From sequence record PZ445447.1: a stretch of DNA of 64,000 nucleotides. One strand, 5' to 3'. Both the position numbers and the translations under genes were made by a program. Positions 9,748 to 18,297 of this stretch are shown in pieces. This DNA is from a phage. Each line of letters begins with the position of its first letter. The stretch's first letter is position 1. The notes under the pieces were generated by a model, which was not told the DNA's origin, did not search any database, and was given only the letters and a program-made list of their open reading frames with translations.

Positions 9748-11018
9748 TGAGCGTTATTCAACAATTCGCTAACCCGATGAATCCGCGTGAAACTGTTTTA
9801 CTGGCTCACGGCATGATTAAACGCGTCAGCATCAAGCCTATCAAAGGTGCTGATCCTACAACAGGTATTAAAACCACTGTGTGGCAAGGTAAGAAAATTG
9901 AGTCCAGCCACACCATCTCTTTACTGATTTCTGAACTGGATTCCTCTGATAACCTGCTTCAAGGTGGTGAAGAAGTCTGGATCAGCATGGGTGATAAACT
10001 GCTTAAACCGGGTCATCAAGACTCTGTCTCTGTTAAGATTGATGACAAGTGGGAAACCGTAACGCCAGGATGGATCGTAAATATCCCTTTGAAGGCAAAC
10101 GAGCATAACGGTAAGACCTACTACAAGGGCTCACTGGCTAAGATGGTTAAGCTGGGTGCAGGAGAGGCTCCAGCAGCGACTCAGCAGCAAAAACAGCAAC
10201 AAGGTGCACAATCACAAGGCCAGAAGCAGAAACCTCAGCAGAATGCCAATCAGGACGTTTTACGCATCTATGGCGATGTGACTCAGATTGTTGGCAACGT
10301 GGTTACTGTTAATGACCACAAGATTGGCGAAGGTGCTATGGTTGTCACTGATGAGCAGCTTAAAGACCTGGTGGTAGGTGGTCGTGTTGCAGCCATTGTT
10401 GACAAAGACACCGGAAACATTATCAGTGGTTTCAAAGCCTACCCACCTAAGGCAGAGAACGGCACTCAAGGCTCTGGTGGCAAGCGTAAATCCTCTTACG
10501 ACCCTATTGGTGTGGAGACGGGGCATAGCATCAATGCGTTGCAGATCATCCTGGATCGCGGGTTTAAGGTGGACGACCCACTAGGCGTGGCTAAAACACT
10601 GCACGTAGTCACCATTGAGCTTAAGAAAGAGTATGCTCAAGCCACCAACCGAACTGAAGATGAGGTAGGTGCCAGTGTCGGTAATGCGGTGTTGAACGCT
10701 TGTCGCCGTATTGACAAGAAAACGAAAGTTGATGATTTTGCAGTGGCAATTACTGCAGAAGCAAAAGATGTCTTGACTAATCTGGCTGAGCCGTTGTACG
10801 ATTGGATCAAGAACGGTGCTGGGTCCACTGACCATCAAGAACCTCAAGCTGCCAAACAGGAAGCTGCTTCACAGCAAAATACTGTAGACGCTCCTCCTGT
10901 AAATGACGAGGAAGATGACCCAATGGATCAGAATCCAGCACAGTATGACTTCTGTGATGACATACCTTTCGCTCCGGTGGGTTTGCAATATGGCAAAAGT
11001 AGAATCCACGCATTGTAA
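9747..11018 (+). CDS. putative single-stranded DNA-binding protein
   Basis: Q-rich flexible linker between two folded regions; acidic tail ending DFCDDIPF (bacterial SSB-tip-like) followed by 15 further residues; ATGA-coupled start. Confidence 0.5.
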   Translation: MSVIQQFANPMNPRETVLLAHGMIKRVSIKPIKGADPTTGIKTTVWQGKKIESSHTISLLISELDSSDNLLQGGEEVWISMGDKLLKPGHQDSVSVKIDDKWETVTPGWIVNIPLKANEHNGKTYYKGSLAKMVKLGAGEAPAATQQQKQQQGAQSQGQKQKPQQNANQDVLRIYGDVTQIVGNVVTVNDHKIGEGAMVVTDEQLKDLVVGGRVAAIVDKDTGNIISGFKAYPPKAENGTQGSGGKRKSSYDPIGVETGHSINALQIILDRGFKVDDPLGVAKTLHVVTIELKKEYAQATNRTEDEVGASVGNAVLNACRRIDKKTKVDDFAVAITAEAKDVLTNLAEPLYDWIKNGAGSTDHQEPQAAKQEAASQQNTVDAPPVNDEEDDPMDQNPAQYDFCDDIPFAPVGLQYGKSRIHAL

Positions 11019-11613
11019 GAGGTGCATCAAGTGTGGAGAGGTGAAAAACCTCTCCGAGTTCTACAAACATCCAAAGATGTCTGACGGTCATCTTAATAAG
11101 TGCAAAGAGTGTTGCAAGAAGGCCAGCAGGGAGGCTGACCAATTTTCCCACGACTCTTCAGAAAAAGGTGTGATCCGCGTGTTGTACAAGACTCAAAAGT
11201 GCAACAGTAAGAAGAGAGGTCACCCACCTCCGACTTACACCAAAAAAGAGTTTAAGGAGTGGCTATACCTAAACGGTTACAAAGAGTTGTATGATCAATG
11301 GGTAGCCAGCGGATACGACAAAAGGAAAAAGCCTTCTTGTGACAGGATAGATGATTTCAAAGGGTACTCTTTTGATAATATCCGTTTAACGACTTGGGGA
11401 GAAAATAAAGACAAGCAGACAGAGGATATTCTGTTACATAGAAGCACCAGCGGTAGACGGTGCAAAAATGTAAGGAGGTTGGACATGAATGGTAACGTTC
11501 TTAAAGAATGGGTATCCCACAATTCTTGCCGAAGAGAAACAGGGATATGTGTTGATTACTACATTCATGAAAAAATTCCAGCTCCCGATGGATACCTCTA
11601 TGAATACTTCTAA
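10990..11613 (+). CDS. putative HNH-type homing endonuclease
   Basis: N-terminal CxxC..CxxC zinc-binding segment; [18 protein letters not shown] motif; overlaps 3' end of SSB-like gene in another frame. Confidence 0.5.
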   Translation: MAKVESTHCKRCIKCGEVKNLSEFYKHPKMSDGHLNKCKECCKKASREADQFSHDSSEKGVIRVLYKTQKCNSKKRGHPPPTYTKKEFKEWLYLNGYKELYDQWVASGYDKRKKPSCDRIDDFKGYSFDNIRLTTWGENKDKQTEDILLHRSTSGRRCKNVRRLDMNGNVLKEWVSHNSCRRETGICVDYYIHEKIPAPDGYLYEYF

Positions 11614-11628
11614 CATTTAGTTAACATA

Positions 11629-11656
11629 GCCCTGCCCGAAAGGGTGGGGCATTTTT
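11629..11656 (+). terminator. rho-independent terminator hairpin
   Basis: Same GCCCTGCCCGAAAGGGTGGGGC hairpin as 843-869, followed by T-run. Confidence 0.7.
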
Positions 11657-11675
11657 GTATAAGGAGATCTAAAAA

Positions 11676-12092
11676 ATGACATTAGAAGATATCATTGTTA
11701 AACCTGAGAACTATGACCAATACAACCTGTCAACTCAATCTGTAGACCTTGGATGCGCCACGGTCAGTGCGTGGCTGGTTAACGGAAAAGAGCTGGATAA
11801 ATGCTTAGAAGCTCACATGTCTATTAACAAGTTTCTGGATGAAAATACTCACTGGCTTGAGGGTGCAGGCGTATATGCTTCATGGTTGGAGAGTATGGGA
11901 TTCGACTACCAATCTGAAGAGGGGTGGTGGAGCTATTTAGCTATCTGCCCAGAGACGCTGCAATGCTTCATGAAATATTCTGAAGATTTGGAGTACCGGG
12001 CGGTGGTTGATAGTGCTATTGCCCGTTATAGCCGTAAACCTTTTTCCCACGACATTAAAACTGTGGAAGAATTTGTTGAAGTTTTCTGTTGA
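11676..12092 (+). CDS. hypothetical protein
   Basis: AAGGAGA RBS; 138 aa. Confidence 0.6.
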   Translation: MTLEDIIVKPENYDQYNLSTQSVDLGCATVSAWLVNGKELDKCLEAHMSINKFLDENTHWLEGAGVYASWLESMGFDYQSEEGWWSYLAICPETLQCFMKYSEDLEYRAVVDSAIARYSRKPFSHDIKTVEEFVEVFC

Positions 12093-12188
12093 CACAAGTT
12101 GAAAGGTGTGTAATTATAACTTCATAGAACGGGAGGACGTGATGAACGAAGAAAACTGGGATGTATAACTAACAGGAGGCCACTGCCC

Positions 12189-12386
12189 ATGATTTATAGA
12201 ATCCGTGTAAGAGAAGATGCACCAGGCTGTTACTTTGACTGGCGTGGGTGGTGGTTTCTCCACCCGATGGATGGACTCACAGATAGAATGCTGGATGCTG
12301 CCCTTTATACAGATACCGATATAGAATATAATCTCTATCTGAAGGACGGTATAGATAACGGCCTATTTGAAGCAATTCCTGTGTAA
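12189..12386 (+). CDS. hypothetical protein
   Basis: AGGAGG RBS; 65 aa. Confidence 0.55.
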   Translation: MIYRIRVREDAPGCYFDWRGWWFLHPMDGLTDRMLDAALYTDTDIEYNLYLKDGIDNGLFEAIPV

Positions 12387-12454
12387 GAAACTGTGATAGC
12401 CATGTTTTATGATCTTCCTGTAGCACCACCACCTGTTGAACCCGGAGAACTAAG

Positions 12455-12880
12455 ATGATCTATGAAATGCCAAAACTGATTCGTGATGATGCCCAAAACG
12501 CTCACACCATTATTATGGGCAAACGCATGGATATTATTTGTCATAAAGACTTCTGGGAAGGGAGTTACTTCACAGAGTATTTTGGTAAACTGGACAATGG
12601 TCTGCTGATCCAGTTCTACACCGATGCGGAAAACAACATTCACTGGGAGTTCGAAACTGAAGATATCCATAAACTTTTCACCTTCCTTGGTATTAAGGTT
12701 GAGGCCAAGTTTGAAGAAGGTGAGTGCGACGATTGTGGATTCTATGAGGTAACAGATTTCTACCTTCCAAGTGGTAAAAATCTCTACTACGAAAGCCATT
12801 TCGGCAACTCAAATATGCCACAGGGTTGGGATGAGTTTTTGGAAATTGCAGAAGAGGAGCTGGAATACCGTGATTATTGA
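12455..12880 (+). CDS. hypothetical protein
   Basis: GGAGAA RBS; 141 aa. Confidence 0.6.
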   Translation: MIYEMPKLIRDDAQNAHTIIMGKRMDIICHKDFWEGSYFTEYFGKLDNGLLIQFYTDAENNIHWEFETEDIHKLFTFLGIKVEAKFEEGECDDCGFYEVTDFYLPSGKNLYYESHFGNSNMPQGWDEFLEIAEEELEYRDY

Positions 12881-13328
12881 TACTGTAAAGGGAGATCTAA
12901 TCTCCATTTTCAAGAAAGGGTCAGGCCACATGATCCACGGTTGTAACTGCTTTCACACAATGGGTGCAGGTATAGCGAAAGATATTGCCCGTGAGTTCCC
13001 TCAAGCACTGGCAGCCGACAAAGAGACTGCTTATGGTAATCTAGACAAGCTGGGTATGTTTTCTTGTTGGGAGCATTTTGCCAAGGCCAGGGTCGTATAT
13101 GGAATCAACCTGTATACCCAGTTCTACCCAGGGCCCAATGCTGAATACTTCTCAATCATGAAAGGTTTTGAGCGAGTCAACGAGGTATTCAAAGGTATGT
13201 CATTGCCGTTCTACATTCCTAAAATCGGATGCGGTATTGGAGGTCTAAAGTGGGAACATGTAGAAGATGTAATTAATCTTGCAACCACAGATATTGATGT
13301 GGTTGTAGTAGAGTACAAAAAGTGTTGA
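12870..13328 (+). CDS. macro domain protein (ADP-ribose binding/hydrolase fold)
   Basis: Motifs IHGCNCFHTMGAGIAKDIA (NxxN...GxG-like) and IPKIGCGIGGL (FPAISTGVYG-like); GTG start inferred, overlaps upstream stop. Confidence 0.6.
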   Translation: MIIDTVKGDLISIFKKGSGHMIHGCNCFHTMGAGIAKDIAREFPQALAADKETAYGNLDKLGMFSCWEHFAKARVVYGINLYTQFYPGPNAEYFSIMKGFERVNEVFKGMSLPFYIPKIGCGIGGLKWEHVEDVINLATTDIDVVVVEYKKC

Positions 13329-13352
13329 CGACCATCTTCTGAGGTGATATAG
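13324..13352 (+). promoter_or_regulatory. sigma70-type promoter
   Basis: TTGACG, 17 nt spacer, TATAGT. Confidence 0.55.
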
Positions 13353-13579
13353 TTTCCACAACAACTAAGAGAGGAGAGCACTGTGGAGACTAAAATCTTA
13401 ATTCTTGCTGTGGTAGATACAACCGAAGGAGCTATATTCGAATCTGCAGGAGGGTATTTCTACCTACCATACGGAAAAAGAACTTCCGAGCCAAGTAAAG
13501 ATTCAATCCTCAAAGTGTTCCCGTGTGCTTTCTGGCTGGAGATTTTGGTATAAGATTGCAGATGATTTGGGAGAGAATT

Positions 13580-13774
13580 ATGAGAAACAAGAAAGAACTT
13601 TACTCTGGTGAGTGGATCAACGATCAACAGGTGGGAGAGGTAACCTGCTTCCGATGTTTTACCAGGTACAATCTTAAAACTGCACCAAAAAGTGTTCCAA
13701 AGACTGATGGTTATTATATAAAAGAACCTCATTGCCCAAAATGTAAATGCCGATTGTACTGGAGCAATCTGTAA
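13580..13774 (+). CDS. hypothetical zinc-ribbon protein
   Basis: GGGAGAG RBS; CFRC...CPKCKC cysteine pairs; 64 aa. Confidence 0.55.
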   Translation: MRNKKELYSGEWINDQQVGEVTCFRCFTRYNLKTAPKSVPKTDGYYIKEPHCPKCKCRLYWSNL

Positions 13775-13778
13775 GAGG

Positions 13779-13806
13779 TTGACATCTGAAAACTGCAGTG
13801 TATAAT
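13779..13806 (+). promoter_or_regulatory. sigma70-type promoter
   Basis: TTGACA, 16 nt spacer, TATAAT. Confidence 0.65.
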
Positions 13807-13837
13807 ATACGCATAAACTAACAGAGAGCGATGTATT

Positions 13838-14029
13838 ATGGTAATTTTTAACCGGGATGGTATCATAGTTAGACAGCACCCGTTCCTTGAATACTATCAA
13901 ATTGAGCAATGGTGCTACGGGGATTGCAGTCACTCCTATGGGCAAAGTTGGGGATATCGTACAGTTTTTGAATCAACAGACCTTGACAAAGTAAGACAGA
14001 AAGTTTTAGAACTTATTAACAACAAGTGA
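13838..14029 (+). CDS. hypothetical protein
   Basis: Downstream of promoter 13779; 63 aa. Confidence 0.5.
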   Translation: MVIFNRDGIIVRQHPFLEYYQIEQWCYGDCSHSYGQSWGYRTVFESTDLDKVRQKVLELINNK

Positions 14030-14038
14030 GTATGATAT

Positions 14039-14371
14039 ATGGTAACATTAGAAAGACGTAAAGCTATCGCTGCCACACTGGCAGACATCTTTTGGGATTG
14101 TAATTTAAAATCTACCCGAAATTGTGGCGCATCTGTAGATGTATTATTCCCACGGCCTACTATTGTTGCAATGGGCAACCTTCTTGATGTGGTATATGGA
14201 GCATGGGACAAGGAAGGTGGATTCTATATCTGGCAACCTGACTACGGGACTTGGAAAGAGGTTAGTGGTTCTACGGACTTCACTCCTGCAGTGGCTAAAA
14301 TGGATGGCTGGAAAATCTATGTCGGTAACGACATGGAACTGAAAGGCGAAATTGTTTACTGGTTACCTTAA
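14039..14371 (+). CDS. hypothetical protein
   Basis: ORF track; weak RBS. Confidence 0.5.
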   Translation: MVTLERRKAIAATLADIFWDCNLKSTRNCGASVDVLFPRPTIVAMGNLLDVVYGAWDKEGGFYIWQPDYGTWKEVSGSTDFTPAVAKMDGWKIYVGNDMELKGEIVYWLP

Positions 14372-14391
14372 GAAAGTGCAGGGGATAAAGT

Positions 14392-14637
14392 ATGAACAAA
14401 GGGTGGACATTTGTAGACGGCGTTGAAAACATGCCTCTAGGAAAGTATATTGTAGCCATGGCAGATGAGAATGGCAAGGTTGATTTCGGAGCTTGCGAGA
14501 TTGTTCTTGCAGGATCTGGTGACCATGTGCACAAAACTGGGATAATTAACGGTCATTTCTACTTTGATTACAACCCTGTTGTGGCGTATATGGCTATGCC
14601 AGAGTTAGAGCTCCCAAAGGAGGGTGCAGATGTTTAA
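14392..14637 (+). CDS. hypothetical protein
   Basis: AGGGGA RBS; 81 aa. Confidence 0.55.
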   Translation: MNKGWTFVDGVENMPLGKYIVAMADENGKVDFGACEIVLAGSGDHVHKTGIINGHFYFDYNPVVAYMAMPELELPKEGADV

Positions 14638-14827
14638 GCTTAAATCTGCATGGAACATCGCTGTGGGGGATGAGATCCGCATCCCAGGTGGAAAGACCAT
14701 TATGAAGATATCACGTATCGAGTATGAAGGTGATCGTGTATTTCATATCTTTGCAGAAGATGGTCGAGAAATTTATATACAGGCAGGCTCTCACATCTAT
14801 ATTCGTAAGAAAGGGGACGACAAATGA
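14624..14827 (+). CDS. hypothetical protein
   Basis: AGGAGG RBS; 67 aa. Confidence 0.55.
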   Translation: MQMFKLKSAWNIAVGDEIRIPGGKTIMKISRIEYEGDRVFHIFAEDGREIYIQAGSHIYIRKKGDDK

Positions 14828-15156
14828 CAGAGATCATCGTTTCAACTGCAGGGTATGTATTCCTGACAATCATTGCGTTGGCTATTCTGGTGGCGGTGTA
14901 TGGATTTGTTATCCTGCCTATTCTTGAGACATTTAGCTTGTGTCGGTGTTGGAGAAAAGCTTACGGACCACAACCGTGGAAAGACTGGTTTCATTTGGTG
15001 CGTATAGCGTTCTCTTATGCCTATGATCACTCCAGCAGTGCATGCGTAACCGGGTACCATGCCTACAACTGGAACTGGGAAGGGCTTGGGAGATGGACTG
15101 TTACAAAAACTATACCCTTACGGTTGTATAAAGGAAAGAACACACTGGGAGCCTGA
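14824..15156 (+). CDS. hypothetical membrane protein
   Basis: ATGA overlap; N-terminal hydrophobic helix. Confidence 0.55.
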   Translation: MTEIIVSTAGYVFLTIIALAILVAVYGFVILPILETFSLCRCWRKAYGPQPWKDWFHLVRIAFSYAYDHSSSACVTGYHAYNWNWEGLGRWTVTKTIPLRLYKGKNTLGA

Positions 15157-15179
15157 TATTTTAAGTTATCAGATTGCCA

Positions 15180-15660
15180 GAGATCAGGAGGATTTCTAAA
15201 ATGGATTTCCTCCTTTTGATATTTTACCTACCAGGATATTTTAAAATCCTTAGAAAATCAGAAAATGGATCGAAAACTAAAATGGATTTTTCAGAGCAGG
15301 CACGACGAGATGAACCACTCATCCTATCGTCTGCACCATATTCCAGACCACCATTACAGATTTCCCGCACATGCTCACATCCTTCTACTAGAACTTCCCC
15401 CACTTACCCTTGACCTTTTATAGTAATAATCCAACCACTACCTTGAAGTTGTGGCGCAGCTTTCCAAGTACTCGATCTGTTTTTCGTTTCAAAGATTGAA
15501 TTTTCTGAAAATTTTTCTCGATAAATTTCTCAGTACTCGATCTGTTTTTCGTTTTCTGAATCGGATTTTCTGGAAATCGTTCCGGCTCTCGACCTGAAAT
15601 TTTTGGGGACGAAATCGATTTTTCGTTTTCAGAAATGGATTTTTAAAATTTCTATATGGG
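15180..15660. repeat. non-coding direct-repeat tract (iteron-like)
   Basis: GTACTCGATCTGTTTTTCGTTT at 15468 and 15534 plus degenerate copies; four or five AATGGATTTT-type repeats. Confidence 0.6.
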
Positions 15661-15757
15661 AATATTTTAGTGGATACTATTTTATAGGAAATTGTTACGG
15701 AGGGTAATTAGCGTGCTAATTAAATTTATTAAATGCGAGGAGTTCTCATTTAGAATT

Positions 15758-15776
15758 TTGAATGATAATCATTCTC
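15758..15776 (+). promoter_or_regulatory. Fur-box-like operator (copy A)
   Basis: TTGAATGATAATCATTCTC matches Fur consensus GATAATGATAATCATTATC at 15 of 19 (ATGATAATCATT core exact). Confidence 0.5.
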
Positions 15777-15790
15777 GTTTGCAGAATAAC

Positions 15791-15832
15791 GGGCAGGCCC
15801 GGTGATTGTCTCCCGGCCCCTACTGCCCCGGC
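15791..15832. repeat. GC-rich imperfect palindrome element (copy 1 of 3)
   Basis: GGGCAGGCCCGGTGATTGTCTCCCGGCCCC...; related copies at 15926-15970 and inverted at 25152-25199. Confidence 0.55.
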
Positions 15833-15893
15833 TTGTTATTATAGTAACACACAGGACAAAGAAAGCAAGAAGTTTTTGCATAAATTTTTAGAC

Positions 15894-15912
15894 GATAATG
15901 ATAATCGTTCTC
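15894..15912 (+). promoter_or_regulatory. Fur-box-like operator (copy B)
   Basis: GATAATGATAATCGTTCTC matches Fur consensus at 17 of 19. Confidence 0.55.
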
Positions 15913-15925
15913 ATTTCATGCAGCG

Positions 15926-15970
15926 CCCATCCCCGGTGGTTGTCTCCCCCGTCACCGGTGCCTGCCGTCC
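15926..15970. repeat. GC-rich imperfect palindrome element (copy 2 of 3)
   Basis: CCCCGGTGGTTGTCTCCCCCGTCACCGGTGCCTGCCG. Confidence 0.5.
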
Positions 15971-16176
15971 TTTCGATAGGTATATTTTGCCACCTGGCGG
16001 GGCCGCTGTCAACACTTTTCAAAAAAAAAAAAATTTCTAACCTGATGCGCTGACCGCTGCAACCTGGCGGGGCCAGCCTGGCAGGGCCTAACTGACCAGG
16101 TAGGAGAGAATGAAGGCTTGCAAACCTGGTGGGCCTATGCTATAGGATAGGTAACAATTGAAGAGGAGGTACAAAA

Positions 16177-16353
16177 ATGGAAGGTAATATGATCCCCCTG
16201 GAAAATGTAGCTATTAATGACGCTGAGGCTATCGCCCTGGTTGAAAAGGCTATGGCGGGAGCGTTGGAACATAAAGAAGAGTACGAAAAAATGGTGGTTA
16301 ACCTGGCAGGGGCGGCGGCTGGAGAATTCTACCCAAAAAATAATTTTAACTAA
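16177..16353 (+). CDS. hypothetical small protein (58 aa)
   Basis: Not in ORF track (under 60 aa); ATG 7 nt after GAGGAGG RBS; clean 58-codon frame. Confidence 0.5.
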   Translation: MEGNMIPLENVAINDAEAIALVEKAMAGALEHKEEYEKMVVNLAGAAAGEFYPKNNFN

Positions 16354-16438
16354 TGGTTGACAGCTCGGACAGTTCTTGTTATTCTTATCCTCGCAAGGTG
16401 AACAACACCACACCAATTAACAGAGAGGATAAAAAATC

Positions 16439-16636
16439 ATGAACGCCTACGGAATTAAAGTACGTCGCAACACTCGCCAGGTGGTCACCAATCAAGTGAT
16501 TTGCCGGGTGGATGTAACCATCAACAACGGGCAAGGCCTTTATAAATTTCGTCGCGGTCATAGCTATACCCTGCAACAGCTTAACCGTTGCGCCCTGACA
16601 AAAGGTCAGATCAACCACTGGTTTAATAAAAAATAA
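16439..16636 (+). CDS. hypothetical protein
   Basis: AGAGGATAAAAAATCATG RBS context; 65 aa. Confidence 0.55.
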   Translation: MNAYGIKVRRNTRQVVTNQVICRVDVTINNGQGLYKFRRGHSYTLQQLNRCALTKGQINHWFNKK

Positions 16637-16638
16637 TG

Positions 16639-16667
16639 TTGACATATGGTCTGACACAAAATACACT
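16639..16667 (+). promoter_or_regulatory. sigma70-type promoter
   Basis: TTGACA, 17 nt spacer, TACACT. Confidence 0.55.
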
Positions 16668-16699
16668 GAAATCACAAAAGACACTAAGAGGATAAAATC

Positions 16700-17098
16700 A
16701 TGAAAACCACTACCTTTAATTTTGATAATGCGGACTTTTCTTTTTCTGATGTCAAGAACTGCCGCCGTGATCGTGGATTTTACAAGGCTTATAATCTGGT
16801 GGGCCTGGACGATGACAATAATTTGCACGAAGTAGCTGAGATCCGGTATTATGCCGCCGCCAGTGGTAACACTCACTACTGCGTGTTTTGGATTCACGAC
16901 AACAAGAACAATAAGTACGGTTATACTGGCGGCAAGGCGAGCGGTCACGGTTACGATAAAGCTAACGCAGCACTTGAGAGCGCATTAAATGCTATGGGGA
17001 TCACTGCCGACGGCTGGATCTACGAAGAAGAGTTTTTGTCGGCACTTGCTGACCACCTGGGCTATAAAAAGCACATTGTGACATGCGCCCACGAATAA
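16700..17098 (+). CDS. hypothetical protein
   Basis: AAGAGGATAAAATCATG; 132 aa. Confidence 0.6.
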   Translation: MKTTTFNFDNADFSFSDVKNCRRDRGFYKAYNLVGLDDDNNLHEVAEIRYYAAASGNTHYCVFWIHDNKNNKYGYTGGKASGHGYDKANAALESALNAMGITADGWIYEEEFLSALADHLGYKKHIVTCAHE

Positions 17099-17142
17099 AA
17101 ATCATTGACACGCTGCAAAATTTAAGTAAACTAGACACAAAA

Positions 17143-17161
17143 GGCGGGAATGTTTCCCGCC
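17143..17161 (+). promoter_or_regulatory. 5' UTR hairpin (GGCGGGAA..TTCCCGCC family)
   Basis: Perfect 8 bp stem between promoter (TTGACA at about 17104) and RBS; related hairpins at 19689-19707 and 23788-23804. Confidence 0.5.
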
Positions 17162-17181
17162 AGCACAAAGGAAAAAAGATC

Positions 17182-17577
17182 ATGAATAAGAACGTACGCC
17201 GCATCATGAACGAACTGGCAAACGATGAAAAAATTATTGACATGCATTTAGTCAACATTTGCCGCCGTTGTGTAACATATAACAACCGCGCCGCAAAAGC
17301 GCGTGAGATGAACGCAAAAGGCACCTTAAAGCCCTTTCAGGTGGTTGTAAAATCTATAACCAGTGCAGCAGGCCAGGCGCATGACCACAACAACGGGAGC
17401 ACTAATATTGATCCGTCTTACGTAATGAAACGGATCCGGACTTGCAAGAATAAAGAGCAGGTGTATAATGTCATAGACTGGTTGGATTCTATGGGCGATG
17501 TGGTTTACAATAGGTTTTCTGCAGCTATCGAGATCCAGCTTGACAGGTTGGACGGTAAAGTACTGAAAACTTACTAA
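17182..17577 (+). CDS. hypothetical protein
   Basis: Start moved to ATG downstream of promoter, hairpin and AAAGGA RBS; in frame with ORF 17083-17577. Confidence 0.55.
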   Translation: MNKNVRRIMNELANDEKIIDMHLVNICRRCVTYNNRAAKAREMNAKGTLKPFQVVVKSITSAAGQAHDHNNGSTNIDPSYVMKRIRTCKNKEQVYNVIDWLDSMGDVVYNRFSAAIEIQLDRLDGKVLKTY

Positions 17578-17578
17578 G

Positions 17579-17626
17579 ATTATTTTTAGATGGCCTTGAC
17601 TTCAGGGCCATCAATAAAGTAAACTA
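17579..17626 (+). repeat. repeated intergenic cassette (promoter-plus-stem-loop-like), copy 1
   Basis: GATTATTTTTAGATGGCCTTGACTTCAGGGCCATCAATAAAGTAAACT; near-identical copies at 18209-18256 and 21949-21994. Confidence 0.7.
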
Positions 17627-17657
17627 ATCCCAGTTAAGCGAAAAAGGAGGCTTGAAG

Positions 17658-17777
17658 ATGAGCACTGCACGCCAACACACAAAGGTAACGATTATCGTTT
17701 GCATCATTGGTTACATCCTGGCGCAAATGTTGATGGGTAGCGCCAATGATTTCGCAAAATTTTTCTTAGACTTTTAA
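17658..17777 (+). CDS. hypothetical small membrane peptide (39 aa)
   Basis: AAAGGAGG RBS 7 nt upstream; hydrophobic core VTIIVCIIGYILAQMLMG; not in ORF track. Confidence 0.45.
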   Translation: MSTARQHTKVTIIVCIIGYILAQMLMGSANDFAKFFLDF

Positions 17778-17805
17778 TTGACAAGCTAACTTAAATCAGT
17801 ATAAT
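17778..17805 (+). promoter_or_regulatory. sigma70-type promoter
   Basis: TTGACA, 16 nt spacer, TATAAT. Confidence 0.7.
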
Positions 17806-17857
17806 ACTAAGCACATAAACGGGAAAACTTCCCAGAACACCAAAAGGAGAAAACATT

Positions 17858-18208
17858 ATGAATACTTCCATCACTATGACCGCCGAAGAAAAAGCCCTGC
17901 AGATCGCCGCTCTGAAAAAACAGATTGCAGAACTTGAAGACAAGATCGACAATTTTGAAATCGACGAAGACAAGTACGACGATAAATATGATGAATGGTT
18001 AGACGAGATCTACGGCGAAATTATGATCGGAAACATCTCTTTTCTTCCGTCGCGTATCCTCAAGGAGCTAGATCCTATCGCTTACCGCTGCGGATTTAGC
18101 GACTACATCGACAGCCTGGATATTGAGGACGATGAAGAATACCAGGAATTACAGACAGAGTTAGAAGAAGCAAAAGAAGAGCTTGCAGAACTGGAAGAAA
18201 ACGAGTAA
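17858..18208 (+). CDS. hypothetical highly acidic protein
   Basis: AAAGGAGAAAACATTATG leader; many D/E residues; 116 aa. Confidence 0.6.
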   Translation: MNTSITMTAEEKALQIAALKKQIAELEDKIDNFEIDEDKYDDKYDEWLDEIYGEIMIGNISFLPSRILKELDPIAYRCGFSDYIDSLDIEDDEEYQELQTELEEAKEELAELEENE

Positions 18209-18256
18209 GATTATTTTTAGATGGCCTTGACTCCAGGGCCATCAATAAAGTAAACT
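18209..18256 (+). repeat. repeated intergenic cassette, copy 2
   Basis: GATTATTTTTAGATGGCCTTGACTCCAGGGCCATCAATAAAGTAAACT directly after a stop codon. Confidence 0.7.
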
Positions 18257-18297
18257 TTATACTGTTAACACTGAACTAATGCATAGGAGTTAAAACC

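Noticed and set aside
13460-13945. 161 aa minus-strand ORF across the plus-strand early genes
   Set aside because: It overlaps two plus-strand genes that have promoters and RBS, has no RBS of its own and lies antisense to the local transcription direction; treated as a shadow ORF. The same reasoning applies to 8510-8980, 16385-16948, 21360-21713 and 10581-10847.
15762-16040. 92 aa plus-strand ORF beginning inside the Fur-box-like sequence
   Set aside because: The ATG lies within the operator-like 19-mer, there is no RBS, and the frame runs through GC-rich palindromic repeats; more likely non-coding.
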